Source of the DNA: an uncultured Alphaproteobacteria bacterium
Lineage (GTDB): Bacteria > Pseudomonadota > Alphaproteobacteria > Micropepsales > Micropepsaceae
Reading direction: 5' to 3'
Assembly (NCBI GenBank): GCA_963765095.1
Contig: CAVXUV010000021.1
Span: forward strand, 15,133 to 79,132
Length of the DNA stretch: 64,000 bases
Shown here: positions 22,906-35,742 of the stretch, in pieces
Numbering within the stretch: position 1 is the first letter of the stretch
How the letters are laid out: each line of letters opens with the position of its first letter
The notes under the pieces: model-generated
What the model was told of the DNA's origin: nothing
Database searches by the model: none
What the model saw: the letters and a program-made list of their open reading frames with translations, nothing else
Position numbers and translations under genes: made by a program

Positions 22906-24840
22906 TTACGCGTTCTTCACCAGGTCTTCCACCACCGACGGATCGGCCAGGGTGGAGATGTCGCCCAGGTTTCCGATGTCGCCCTCGGCGATCTTGCGCA
23001 GGATACGCCGCATGATCTTGCCCGAGCGCGTTTTGGGCAGGCCGGGCGCGAACTGGATGATGTCGGGCGTGGCGATGGGGCCGATCTCATGGCCCACGAA
23101 TTTCTTCAGTTCCTCGGCCAGCGCGTCGCTCGGCTGGATGCCCGGAATTCAGCGTCACGAAGGCATGGATGCCCTGGCCCTTGATCTCGTGCGGATAGGC
23201 CACCACCGCGGCTTCCGCGACCTTGGTGTTGCCGACCAGCGCGCTTTCCACTTCCGCCGTGCCCAGGCGATGACCCGAGACATTGATCACGTCATCGACA
23301 CGGCCGGTGATCCAGTAATAGCCGTCGTCGTCTCGGCGGCAGCCATCGCCGGTGAAATATTTTCCGCGATAATGCGTGAAGTAAGTGTCGATGAAGCGCT
23401 TGTGGTCGCCATAGACCGTGCGCATCTGGCCCGGCCAGCTTTGCGCCAGGCAGAGATTGCCGGTGACCGCGCCGTCCAGCACCTTGCCGTGGAAATCCAC
23501 GATCTCGGGCACGATGCCGAAGAAGCGGCTTGGTGGCCGAGCCGGGCTTCAAATCGGTAGCGCCGGGAAGCGGCGAAATCAGAATGCCGCCCGTCTCGGT
23601 CTGCCACCATGTGCCCACGATCGGGCAGCGTCCGCCGCCCACCACGCGGTGATACCAGAGCCAGGCTTCCGGATTGATCGGTTCGCCCACGCTGCCCAGA
23701 AGGCGCAAGGAGGCGCGGCTGGTCTTCTTCACCGGCTCGTCGCCTTCGCGCATCAGGGCGCGAATGGCGGTGGGCGCGGTATAGAAGATGTTCACCTTGT
23801 GCTTGTCGATCACGTCCCAGAAGCGCGAGGTCGAAGGGATAGTTGGGCACGCCTTCGAACATCAGGGTGGTGGCGCCGTTGGCCAGCGGCCCATAGAGGA
23901 TATAGCTGTGGCCGGTCACCCAGCCCACATCGGCCGTGCACCAATAAATGTCGCCGTCGTGATAATCGAACACGTAATGATGGGTGACAGCGGCGTAGAG
24001 AAGATAGCCGCCGAAGTGTGGAGCACGCCCTTGGGCTTTCCGGTCGAGCCCGAGGTGTAAAGAATAAAGAGCGGATCTTCCGCGCCCATCGGTTCGGGCG
24101 GGCAGGTCGGCGGAAACCTTCGCCGCTTCGTCGTGATACCAGCGGTCGCGGCCTTCCGTCATCGGCACGGGATGGCCCGTCCGCCGCACCACGATCACAT
24201 CCTTGACGCCCGGCGCCTTGGTCAGCGCTTCGTCGGTGTTGGCCTTGAGCAGCACGGGCTTGCCCCCGCGCAGGCCTTGATCGGCGGTGATCACGATACG
24301 GCTGTCGCAGTCGGTGATGCGCCCGGCCAGGCTGTCGGCGAGAAGCCGCCGAACACCACCGAATGAATGGCGCCGATGCGGGCGCAGGCCAGCATTGCAT
24401 AAGCCGCTTCCGGGATCATCGGCAGATAGATGGTGACGCGATCGCCTTTCTTGACCCCATAGGCCTTCAGCACATTGGCGAAGCGGCAGACTTCTTCGTG
24501 CAGTTGGCGATAGGTGATGCGTTTGTGTCGCTTGGGATCGTCGCCTTCCCAGATGATCGCGGTCTGGTTGGCGCGCTTGGCCAGATGCCGGTCGATGCAA
24601 TTGGCGGCGACATTGAGCACGCCGTCCTCGAACCATTTGATGTGGAGCTTCTCCGGGTCCCAGGAGACGTCGCTCACCTTGGTGAAGGGCTTGATCCAGT
24701 CCAGCCGGGACGCCTGGTTCTTCCAGAAGGCGTCGGGGTCCTTGATCGATTCGACATAGAGGGCGGCATAGTCCTGCGCGTTGCGGACATCAGGCGCGCT
24801 TCTTCCACTCCTCGGGTACGGGGACGATCATGTCGCTCAT
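22906..24840 (-). CDS. acs: Acetyl-CoA synthetase (multiple frameshifts)
   Basis: [18 protein letters not shown]; [15 protein letters not shown]; TWWQTETGG; [18 protein letters not shown]. Confidence 0.96.
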
Positions 24841-24899
24841 GACTTTCCTCTGGGCGGACGCTTCCTCAAGCTGAACCGCGCCAAGGGAGAGATTACGGC

Positions 24900-25465
24900 A
24901 TGGCGGGCGTCAAGCAAGCAAGCAAATCCAAAACCAAGGCGGTGATGACCGACGACGCCATCAAGTCCCGCACCGGCAAGGATTGGACCCAATGGTTCAA
25001 GGCGTTGGACAAGGCCGGCGCCGCCAAGCTCGATCACAAGGCGATCGCCCGGCTGGCGCGCGAGGATATGGGCGCGGGGCCCTGGTACGGCCAGATGATC
25101 GCGGTGAGCTATGAACGGGCGCGGGGCATCCGGGCCATGAATCAGAAATGCGATGGTCAATTTTCCGTCAGTGTGACCCGGGTAATGCAGGTGCCGCTGC
25201 CGCCGAACTCTTTGCCGCCGCCCCAAGCCCGCAGCCTGGTTTCCCAAAGGCGCGTTCGAGGAGACCTCGCGCACCAAGGACAAATATTGGCGGGGAAAGT
25301 GGAACGGCGGGCGGCTGGAAGTGGGCTTCTATGCCAAGGGTCCGGGCAAGGCGCAGATTGCGCTCCAATCCAACAAGCTGGCGAGCGCCGGCCTGGTGGA
25401 AAAAGAGCATGCCCGTTGGAAGAAGCCATGGACAGCTCCAGCACTTCGTCGAAACAACGCCCTGA
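24900..25465 (+). CDS. Hypothetical protein, DUF4287/SRPBCC-like (frameshifted)
   Basis: MTDDAIKSRTGKDWTQWFKALD...HKAIA...WYGQMIAVSYERARG. Confidence 0.65.
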
Positions 25466-26215
25466 TGCAGGTTGCAGCTTTCCTCCTGGCCGGAGGTCGA
25501 GGCCTATCTGGCCCGCTCCAAGGCGATCCTCATCCCCATCGGCTCCACCGAGCAGCATAGTCCCAACGGGCTTCTGGGAACGGATGCGCTTTGCCCGGAG
25601 ATCATCGGACCGGCGCGCGGGCGATGAAGCGGCATCCTGGTAGGCCCCACCTTCAATGTGGGCCAAGCCCGACATCATATGGCGTTTCCCAGCACCATCA
25701 CGCTCAAACCCTCCACCATGATCGCGTCCATGCGGGACTGGACCGAGAGCCTCGGTGCGCCACGGCTTCGACGCGGATCTATTGGCTGAACGGCCATGGC
25801 GGCAACATCGCCACCATCACCGCGGCGTTCTCGGAAATTTATCCATGGGGTGACGTTCGCGGACACGGGTGGCAATCGGCCTCCACTGCGCTGCCAGTTG
25901 CGCAACTGGTGGGAGCTGCCCGGGGTAATGGATTTGTGCCGCGAATTGTTTCCGGTGGGTGAGGGCAGTCATGCCACCCCGTCGGAAATCTCGGTCACCT
26001 ATTTCGCCTATCCTGATGCGGTGAAGGCGGTCGCCATGTCGCCCAAGATCGCGCCCAACGGGCCGATCCGCGATGCCGAGGATTTCCGCCGCCGTTTTCC
26101 CGACGGCCGCATGGGCTCCGACCCGTCGCAGGCCAATGTCGATGCGGGGCGGCGCATCGTCGAAGCGGCGGCGAAGGCCCTGATTTCGGAATTCCAACAA
26201 TTCGAGGCCGCATGG
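25465..26215 (+). CDS. Creatininase/creatinine amidohydrolase family protein (multiple frameshifts)
   Basis: [24 protein letters not shown]; NGHGGN; HATPSEISV; [10 protein letters not shown]. Confidence 0.85.
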
Positions 26216-26892
26216 GTCAGGATTTCATCTTCTCCGTTCCCCGGCCCTTCATCGCCATCAAGGGCAGCGACCGGCTGTTTCCCGTGCGCCGGGTGTGGTG
26301 CGTGGGCCGCAATTACGCCGCCCATGCGCGCGAGCTGGGAAATGACGCGCGCGAGCCGCCGTTCTTTTTCTCCAAGCAGCCCGACATGCTGGTTCCGGGT
26401 GGCGGTGAGCTGCGCTATCCCAGTCTCACCTCCAATTATCATTTTGAGTGCGAACTGGTGGTGGCGCTGAAGGCAGGCGGTGAGAATGTCTCCATCGAAG
26501 CCGCACCCAATCTGGTGTTCGGCCATGCCGTGGGCTTGGACATGACAAGGCGCGACCTGCAGAAACAGATGCAGGAAAAAAGCCGGCCCTGGGAAATCGG
26601 CAAAAGCTTCGAGCAGAGCGCGCCGGTGGGCGTACTCACGCCGGCTTCGGGCACGGCGCCGCCGGGCCGCATCCATCTGTCGGTGAATGGCGAGGCCAAA
26701 CAGGATTCCGACACCGGGCTGATGACCTGGAACGAAGCCGAGATCATTTCCCGGCTGTCGCAGCAGGTGGCGCTGGCGCCGGGCGACGTGATCTTTACCG
26801 GGACGCCGGAAGGGGTGGGCCCGGTGGTCAGGGGCGACCGGATTTTGGCGGAAATCGCCGGCCTGGAACCGCTTTCGGTCACGATTGCTTGA
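26212..26892 (+). CDS. Fumarylacetoacetate hydrolase family protein
   Basis: RVWCVGRNYAAHARE; HFECELVV; DMTRRDLQ; PGDVIFTGTPEGVG. Confidence 0.95.
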   Translation: MGQDFIFSVPRPFIAIKGSDRLFPVRRVWCVGRNYAAHARELGNDAREPPFFFSKQPDMLVPGGGELRYPSLTSNYHFECELVVALKAGGENVSIEAAPNLVFGHAVGLDMTRRDLQKQMQEKSRPWEIGKSFEQSAPVGVLTPASGTAPPGRIHLSVNGEAKQDSDTGLMTWNEAEIISRLSQQVALAPGDVIFTGTPEGVGPVVRGDRILAEIAGLEPLSVTIA

Positions 26893-26950
26893 TTGCGACG
26901 GCCTGACTGGCGCGGAGATCGGCGCTGATTGGCATCGGGAGGGCTCTCGC

Positions 26951-27288
26951 ATGATCCATGGCGCGCACGTCATCATCTATTCGACCGACGCCGAGAAGGA
27001 CAAAATCTTCTTCCGCGAGGTGTTGAAATTCGGCCATGTCGATGTCGGTCATGGCTGGCTGATCTTCAAGCTGCCGCCGCCGAAATGGCGGTCCATCCTT
27101 CAGACGAGAATGACCGGCACGAACTCTATCTGATGTGCGACGACCTGGAAGCCGAGATGGCCCGGCTAAAGAAGGCGGGCGTGGCCTGCGAGTCCGCCGC
27201 GCAGCAAGCTTGGGGCATGCTCACGCACCTGAAATTGCCCGGCGGCGGCCGGCTTGGACTTTATCAGCCCCGGCATGCCAGGCCCTGA
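26951..27288 (+). CDS. VOC/glyoxalase-family protein (one frameshift)
   Basis: MIHGAHVIIYSTD...GWLIFKLP..EMAVHP...ELYLMCDDL...WG...LPGGGRLGLYQPRH. Confidence 0.85.
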
Positions 27289-27330
27289 ACCCGGCCTTGC
27301 ACCCCGCTCCAGCGGGTCTATGATTGGTTT

Positions 27331-29718
<2,388 letters not shown>

Positions 29719-29742
29719 TCCTGCGTGCGCTGCTTTGTCTAA

Positions 29743-29822
29743 CCTCATCCTGAGCCCGTCGAAGGATGAGGCTGCAAGGTCTATCAGGGCACCATCATGC
29801 TTCGGCAAGCTCAGCATGAGGA
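29743..29822. repeat. Palindromic REP-like element, family A, copy 2
   Basis: CCTCATCCTGAGCCCGTCGAAGGATGAGG...TCATGCTTCGGCAAGCTCAGCATGAGGA, matches 126-207. Confidence 0.85.
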
Positions 29823-29845
29823 GATCAGAGCTTACGCCCGGTTAC

Positions 29846-30649
29846 TTAGCGCCTCTCCGTGAACAAACCATGCGGTCCGTTGAGGTCGCTCGAAAACATC
29901 AGCTTGACGGTGAAGCCGTCGCTGGCGGAGGTGAGCCCGGCGCCGGCGCCGAATTCCACCGAGATGGGATCGCCACTGTAATCGCCGGTGAGCCATAATT
30001 CATGGAACTGCTGGCCGCCAGGCAGGAATTTCCTCAGCTGCCCGAAGCCGTCATATTCCTCCACCGCCGCGGTCCAGGTGTCGTCGATCTTGTAGTCCAA
30101 CCGCGTCGCGGGATTGAATTCCAGCCCGCCGATGCCGCCGTGATAGTAATTGTCCACAATGGGATTGAAGGTGAAGCTCCAGCGACTGTCGGGGCCGAAG
30201 CGGAAGCCGATGATGGGGCGGATCTCGCCGCTATTGACTTGGGATTCCCACCATTTCTGGCTCCAGCTGAATTCGAAATTCATTCCGTAATAGAAATCAT
30301 TGTTGGCATAGTCGGGCTTGACGAACAGCGCCCGTAACTTGAAGCCGTTATAGGTCAGGCCCTGGGTTTGGGTGTCGGCAAAAAGCGGAAGATACAGGCC
30401 CGCCTCGAACCAGGGCGTCACGCCATAGGCCCATTCGACCACGCTGCTATAGGCGTGATTGTCGACCAGCGCGCCGGGATAGTCGGCAGTCTTCAGACCG
30501 TCCGGCGTGTAATTGTTATGCCAGGTGACGCCGAACACCCCTTCCTGCTCGATCTCGCTGGTATAGACCTGGATTTCGTCCGTCGGCGTGGCGAGCGCGC
30601 CGCCCGTGGAGGCAAGCAGAAACAGTCCGGTCAGCCAGCGCGCTTTCAT
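29846..30649 (-). CDS. Secreted putative outer-membrane beta-barrel protein
   Basis: Signal peptide; TDEIQVY; aromatic-rich alternating strands (EWAYGVTPWFEAGLYLP, YGMNFEFSW). Confidence 0.7.
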   Translation of the reverse strand: MKARWLTGLFLLASTGGALATPTDEIQVYTSEIEQEGVFGVTWHNNYTPDGLKTADYPGALVDNHAYSSVVEWAYGVTPWFEAGLYLPLFADTQTQGLTYNGFKLRALFVKPDYANNDFYYGMNFEFSWSQKWWESQVNSGEIRPIIGFRFGPDSRWSFTFNPIVDNYYHGGIGGLEFNPATRLDYKIDDTWTAAVEEYDGFGQLRKFLPGGQQFHELWLTGDYSGDPISVEFGAGAGLTSASDGFTVKLMFSSDLNGPHGLFTERR

Positions 30650-30780
30650 TGTTTCCCCGCTTCAAGAAATCTCTGATAGCGCGGGTGAAGCGGGCTTTCA
30701 TCCGCAATCTCTGCGAATGAAAGGAATTCGCACGATGAGACAATTAGCGAAACATGCGCTCAAGCAGCGAAGGGCAAAGA

Positions 30781-31047
30781 TCAGCGAAGCGTACGGTTGC
30801 CCGTGACGGCGTAATAAATGACCAGCACGATGATGGCGCCGATCACCGCCACGAACATGGAAATAAAGAAGCCGTGCTCCTCGTAATGGAAGCTGGCCAG
30901 CTGGCGGAACAGCCAGCCGCCAACCACGGCGCCCACCAGGCCGAGCGCGGTATTGACCATGCAGCCTTCGCCGCGCCTGTTGACGATCCGGCTGGCGATC
31001 CAGCCCGTCAACGCGCCGAAGAAAATCCAGCCCAGCACGAACATCAT
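30781..31047 (-). CDS. GlsB/YeaQ/YmgE family stress-response membrane protein
   Basis: WIFFGALTGWIASRI...GLVGAVVGGWLF...VAVIGAIIVL. Confidence 0.9.
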   Translation of the reverse strand: MMFVLGWIFFGALTGWIASRIVNRRGEGCMVNTALGLVGAVVGGWLFRQLASFHYEEHGFFISMFVAVIGAIIVLVIYYAVTGNRTLR

Positions 31048-31064
31048 TGTTCAAATCCGCGAAA

Positions 31065-32414
31065 TCAGGCAATGGCCACATATATCATGGCGATGGTCGC
31101 CGCGGCCATCACCGCGGTCGAGATCCAGCCCAGCGTACCCAGGACCGGGCCGATGCGAAAATGCCCCATCTTGCCGCGATGACCCGCCACGAACATCATC
31201 GCCACCATCATCGGCACGGCGATCACACCATTGAGCACCGCGCTCCAATAGAGCGCCTTGATGGGATCGAGCCCGGAATAGTCGATGCCCAGCCCCAGCA
31301 CCATGGCCGCGCCGATCACGCCGTAAAAGCCCTGGGCCTGCCATGGCAGATTGTCGAGCCCGATCTTCCATCCTCGCGATTCGCCCACCGCGTAGGCGGC
31401 CGATCCCGCCAACACAGGGATCGCCAACAGTCCCGTGCCCACGATGCCCAGCGCGAACAGCAACGACGCAAAGTGCCCCGCCAGGGGTGCCAGCGCTTTG
31501 GCGGCGTCGGCGGCGGTCTGGATGTTGGTGACACCGGCCTGATGGAGGGTCGCCGCGGTCGAAATCATGATCGCGATTGAGATAGCGTTGGAAAAGAACA
31601 TGCCAACGATCGTGTCCACCCGGATGCGATGGAAGGCGCGCCGCGCCTGCCGTGGCGCTTCCAGCAGGGGCTTGCGCGAATTTTTCTGGTCCACTTCCTC
31701 CACTTCCTGGGCGCTCTGCCAGAAAAACAGATAAGGACTGATAGTGGTGCCGAACAGCGCTACGATGGTGGTGGCGGCTTGTGGCGAAAGGTCGGCGTGC
31801 ACGCCGATCAAGCTCAGCCCGATCTTGGTCCAATCCAGGTGAATAAAGAACAGCACCGCCACGTAAGCGAAGAGCGAAAGCGTGAGCACCGTAAGGAAGC
31901 GCGCATAGCGGCGATAGGGAATGAAAAGCTGCAACACCAGCGAGAAAATGGCGAAGGCGATGGTAAATTCATGCTCGCCGAAGCCCACCACCAGCTTGGC
32001 GGCTTCGCCCATTGCCGCCAGGTCGGCGCCCAGATTGATGGTATTGGCGACGAAAAGCAGGGTCACCAGCGACGTGACCACCCCCTTGGGCATCACGTCG
32101 CCCATGTTGCGCGCCAGCCCGCGGCCGGTGACTCGTCCGATGAAGGCGCTCACCATCTGGATCGCCACCATCAGGGGAAAGCAAAGGACCATGGTCCAAA
32201 GCAGGTTGAGGCCCGACTGGGCCCCGGCCTGGCTATAGGTGGCTATTCCGGACGGATCGTCATCGGCCGCGCCGGTGATCAGGCCCGGGCCAAGCTGATT
32301 CAGCACGGCAATATGAGAGAGCCGCTGGACCAGGGTTTTTCTTTGCTTTGCGGGGATCATGGGCTCAAGCGAGGTGGATGGTGCAAGAATTTCAGGAGCG
32401 GGAGGCGGCGTCAA
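31065..32414 (-). CDS. NRAMP-family divalent metal transporter (start may be 32360)
   Basis: LGPGLITGAADDDPSGIATYSQAGAQ; GTTISPYLFFWQ. Confidence 0.93.
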   Translation of the reverse strand: MTPPPAPEILAPSTSLEPMIPAKQRKTLVQRLSHIAVLNQLGPGLITGAADDDPSGIATYSQAGAQSGLNLLWTMVLCFPLMVAIQMVSAFIGRVTGRGLARNMGDVMPKGVVTSLVTLLFVANTINLGADLAAMGEAAKLVVGFGEHEFTIAFAIFSLVLQLFIPYRRYARFLTVLTLSLFAYVAVLFFIHLDWTKIGLSLIGVHADLSPQAATTIVALFGTTISPYLFFWQSAQEVEEVDQKNSRKPLLEAPRQARRAFHRIRVDTIVGMFFSNAISIAIMISTAATLHQAGVTNIQTAADAAKALAPLAGHFASLLFALGIVGTGLLAIPVLAGSAAYAVGESRGWKIGLDNLPWQAQGFYGVIGAAMVLGLGIDYSGLDPIKALYWSAVLNGVIAVPMMVAMMFVAGHRGKMGHFRIGPVLGTLGWISTAVMAAATIAMIYVAIA

Positions 32415-32455
32415 AGCTTATTATAGAGAATGCATCTCCGCTCCGGAGGTTCTCG

Positions 32456-32845
32456 ATGAAGTTTGCTGTTTCGAAATTCCTTGCCCTTGCATGGCCGTTC
32501 CTGCTGCCGGTGACGGCGCTGGCACAGCCCCAGGCCATGACGCAGGCAAAGCCCGCCGATGTCTGTCTGCGCCAGGACATGGTGTGGGGATGGAATGTGG
32601 TGGACGACAAGACGCTGGTCGTCACCGACAAGGCGCAAAAGACCTTCAAGGTCACGCTCAAGCCCGGCTGTTTCGACCTCAAATGGCACTTGCGGCTGAG
32701 CTTCCGCAGCTTTTCGGGCTTTGGCGTGTCCTGCCTCGCCAAGAACGACTATGTGATTGTGCCGCCGGCCGCGGGACTTCCGCCACAGCGCTGCTTTATT
32801 TCCGATATCGTGGCTTACACGCCGACGCCGGTGCCCCCGAAATAA
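32456..32845 (+). CDS. Secreted DUF6491-like protein
   Basis: Signal peptide; four Cys in C...VDDKTLVV...GCFDL...CL...RC.ISDI. Confidence 0.7.
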   Translation: MKFAVSKFLALAWPFLLPVTALAQPQAMTQAKPADVCLRQDMVWGWNVVDDKTLVVTDKAQKTFKVTLKPGCFDLKWHLRLSFRSFSGFGVSCLAKNDYVIVPPAAGLPPQRCFISDIVAYTPTPVPPK

Positions 32846-32853
32846 TGGCCACG

Positions 32854-32922
32854 CCCTCGGCGCGAAGCGCTTGGAGGGGGAGATGCCGTAGCACGCTCTC
32901 GAGCGTGCGCAGGCAGAGGGGG
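32854..32922. repeat. Palindromic REP-like element, family B, copy 2 (degenerate)
   Basis: CCCTCGGCGCGAAGCGCTTGGAGGGGGAGATGCCGTAGCAC...GGCAGAGGGGG, colinear with 241-345. Confidence 0.65.
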
Positions 32923-32992
32923 TTCAAAGAAGCGCTACTCAGGTCTGTACGGGATCGCACGGACGCGTCTCCCACAGCGCAACCGCACCTTC

Positions 32993-34081
32993 TCAGCGCG
33001 GCATCTTGGCGGCTGCGGCAAGGCGGTGTTCGTCATGGCGCGTCAGCGGCACGCCGCAACGCGCCAGCACGTCGCGCACATCGCGCACTGGCGGAAATAC
33101 CTCGTTGTTCCAATCGCCGCCTTGGAGGTCGTGCGCCTTTTGCTCTTGCTCCACGATATGCTTGTCCTGGGTGAAGATTCCTTCGGTGAACCAGGTGACG
33201 AAGGGCCACGCAAGATGGATCAGGCCCGGTATCTTGGGTTTCTTCACGGACAGATAGCCGAAGGTGCGGTTGGACTTCTGCTGGGCGTCGAGCGGCGTAT
33301 AGGCCAGCCAGACATCCAGCACCGGATCGCCGCCCATCACCCAGACCTTCAGGCGCTGATAGGGATACTCAGTGCGGATGGTCATCAGGTCGCTGCTTTC
33401 GGCGTCCCTGGGCGCGCGCATCACGCCCAGGATGGTGGTCTCGCCCAACGTGGCGCGGCCCTTGGTGCGGGTGAAGGTGTAATCCACTTCGCACCAGTCC
33501 GGGCCTTGCCTGCGGCCCAGGCACGTTGCTTTGATCGAGCCCATCAGGCTGCGGTGCAGAAGCTGATGATTCATGTCGAAGAGATTTTCGTGCATGAAGC
33601 TGTAGTGACAGTCGACATGGCGGTCCAGCCGCCGTGTCTTGTAACCCGAGTTGGCGAAGGACCCCAGCGAGGCGGGCATGCGTTCGTCGGCCAGCGTCGG
33701 ATCGCCCGGGAAGATGAAGATCATCCCGTCCAATTCGCGGGCGGGATAAGAGGTCACGCCATTGGGAAGCTTCTCGCGGCCCAGATAGGGGATGTTCACG
33801 CAGCGGCCGCCGCAATCATAGGTCCAGCCGTGATAGCCGCATTTGATCGCTTCGCCTTCGACGATCCCCAGCGAGAGCGGCACTTGCCGGTGGGCACAGC
33901 GGTCTTCCAGCGCATGCACCTGGCCGCTGTCGCCGCGATAGAGCACCACCGGTTCGCCGGCAAAACGGCAGGCCAGCGTTTTGCCCCGCTTCAATTCCCA
34001 AGACCATGCCAGGGGATACCAGTAGTCGGGATGCGCGCCGATGCGCCTCAAGTCCGACTTCTGAGCGGGCAACGCTGTCAT
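32993..34081 (-). CDS. Rieske non-heme iron oxygenase (second paralog)
   Basis: EDRCAHRQ...KCGYHGWTY; ENLFDMNHQLLH. Confidence 0.93.
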   Translation of the reverse strand: MTALPAQKSDLRRIGAHPDYWYPLAWSWELKRGKTLACRFAGEPVVLYRGDSGQVHALEDRCAHRQVPLSLGIVEGEAIKCGYHGWTYDCGGRCVNIPYLGREKLPNGVTSYPARELDGMIFIFPGDPTLADERMPASLGSFANSGYKTRRLDRHVDCHYSFMHENLFDMNHQLLHRSLMGSIKATCLGRRQGPDWCEVDYTFTRTKGRATLGETTILGVMRAPRDAESSDLMTIRTEYPYQRLKVWVMGGDPVLDVWLAYTPLDAQQKSNRTFGYLSVKKPKIPGLIHLAWPFVTWFTEGIFTQDKHIVEQEQKAHDLQGGDWNNEVFPPVRDVRDVLARCGVPLTRHDEHRLAAAAKMPR

Positions 34082-34359
34082 CGACAATATCTCATGCCGG
34101 TACTCTCCCACTGCGCCATCGACATTGATGCGCCGCACGGCCCCAGGCAGCGGCCCAATAACCGGACCATGCCTTGCCGTTAATGTCCACTTTTATATAC
34201 GGGTTTTTCCAGCCCGAATGACAATTTGCGGCTTTTGGTAAAAGCGGGTTCCTTTCCGTGCGCTTGCGTGCCTTGAAACAATCACGGAATTTCCTTCTCC
34301 GCATGGCGAAGCCATTGGCGGGGAGGATGTCTTCCGAGGGCTTGTCCCGAGGAACACAG

Positions 34360-34914
34360 ATGGGGGCCAAAAACTTGCGCGGTTACTTCGGCGTCGGCGT
34401 GGACGGCATTTCCAAGCCCATGAATCTGGGCAATCTGGTGCGCATCGCCCATGCTTTCGACGCCAGCTTCTTTTTTCCATCGCGCCGCGCCTGAAATTGT
34501 CGGACGCGCAAAGCGACACCTCGCGCGCGCAAGGGGCACTGCCTTTCTACAATTTCGCCAAGCCGGAGGATCTGCGCCTTCCCATCGGCTGCCGACTGGT
34601 GGGTGTGGAGATCACCGAGGATGCGGTCGTGCTTCCCCCGTTTCCGCCATCCAACCCGCGCGGCCTATGTGTTCGGGGCCGAGCGTTTCTCGCTTTCGCC
34701 CAAAGTGCTCAAGGCCTGCGATTTCGTGGTCAAGATTCCCACCCGTTTTTCCATCAATGTGGGGATGGCTGGCGCCATCGTGCTGTATGACAGGCTGGTG
34801 TCGCTGGGCGGTTATGGCGCGCGCCCGGTCAAGGCGGGCGGCGAGGGGGCAGAGGTGCCGCCGCCGCACACCTGGGGTGCACCGCTGGCAAGGCCCAGGG
34901 AAGACGGCGATTAG
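34360..34914 (+). CDS. TrmH/SpoU family RNA methyltransferase (frameshifted)
   Basis: GISKPMNLGNLVRIAHAF; AAYVFGAER; SINVGMAGAIVLYDR. Confidence 0.88.
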
Positions 34915-34979
34915 TGCGCCATCAATTCGCGTCAAGCCCGCGCGGGCAAAAATAGTGCGCTTTCCAATAAGAGGGGGGC

Positions 34980-35741
34980 GTGTTAGTTCCCCCCATCACT
35001 CCCGCCTTGTCCATCTCTCACCTGCGCAAGGTTTATCGCAGAGGCACCGTTGCGGTCGAAGACCTGTCGATGACCATCCCGGAAGGCGAGTTCTTCGGCT
35101 TCCTGGGTCCCAATGGCGCGGGCAAATCCACCACCATCCATTGCGTCACCGGCGTGGCCGAACCCACCTCCGGCAGGATCGAGATATTCGGCATCGACGC
35201 GGTCAAGAATTACCGTGAGGCGCGCCGCCTGGTGGGACTATGCCCCCAGGAATTCAATGTCGATCCCTTCGCCAATCCACGCCAGATCGTGGACTGGATG
35301 GGTGGGTATTTCGGCATGCGTGCGGCGGCGCGGAAAGAGCGCATCGATTACCTGATGGAGCGCTTCGATCTCATCCCCCACATGAAGAAGCAGTTCCGCG
35401 AATTGTCGGGCGGCTTGAAGCGCCGCGTGGTCCTGGCCCGCGCGCTGGTCAACGATCCCAAGCTGATCATCCTGGATGAGCCCACCGCGGGCGTGGATGT
35501 GGAGCTGCGCCGGGTGTTGTGGCGCTATCTGGCCGAGATCAACAAGGACGGCCGCACCATCCTTCTCACCTCGCACTATCTGGAAGAGGTGGAACGGCTT
35601 TGCCGCCAGATCGCCATCGTCGCCAAGGGCCGGATCGTGCGCAGAGGCACCAAGGACGAGATCGCGGGCACGCCGGGCGGGTTGGAGAATGCCTATCTGG
35701 TGGCGACCGGCGCCGAGCCCGATCATGTCCCGGGGCAGTGA
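34980..35741 (+). CDS. ABC transporter ATP-binding protein (YadG-like)
   Basis: GPNGAGKST; LSGGLKRR; LDEPTAGVD. Confidence 0.95.
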   Translation: MLVPPITPALSISHLRKVYRRGTVAVEDLSMTIPEGEFFGFLGPNGAGKSTTIHCVTGVAEPTSGRIEIFGIDAVKNYREARRLVGLCPQEFNVDPFANPRQIVDWMGGYFGMRAAARKERIDYLMERFDLIPHMKKQFRELSGGLKRRVVLARALVNDPKLIILDEPTAGVDVELRRVLWRYLAEINKDGRTILLTSHYLEEVERLCRQIAIVAKGRIVRRGTKDEIAGTPGGLENAYLVATGAEPDHVPGQ

Positions 35742-35742
35742 T

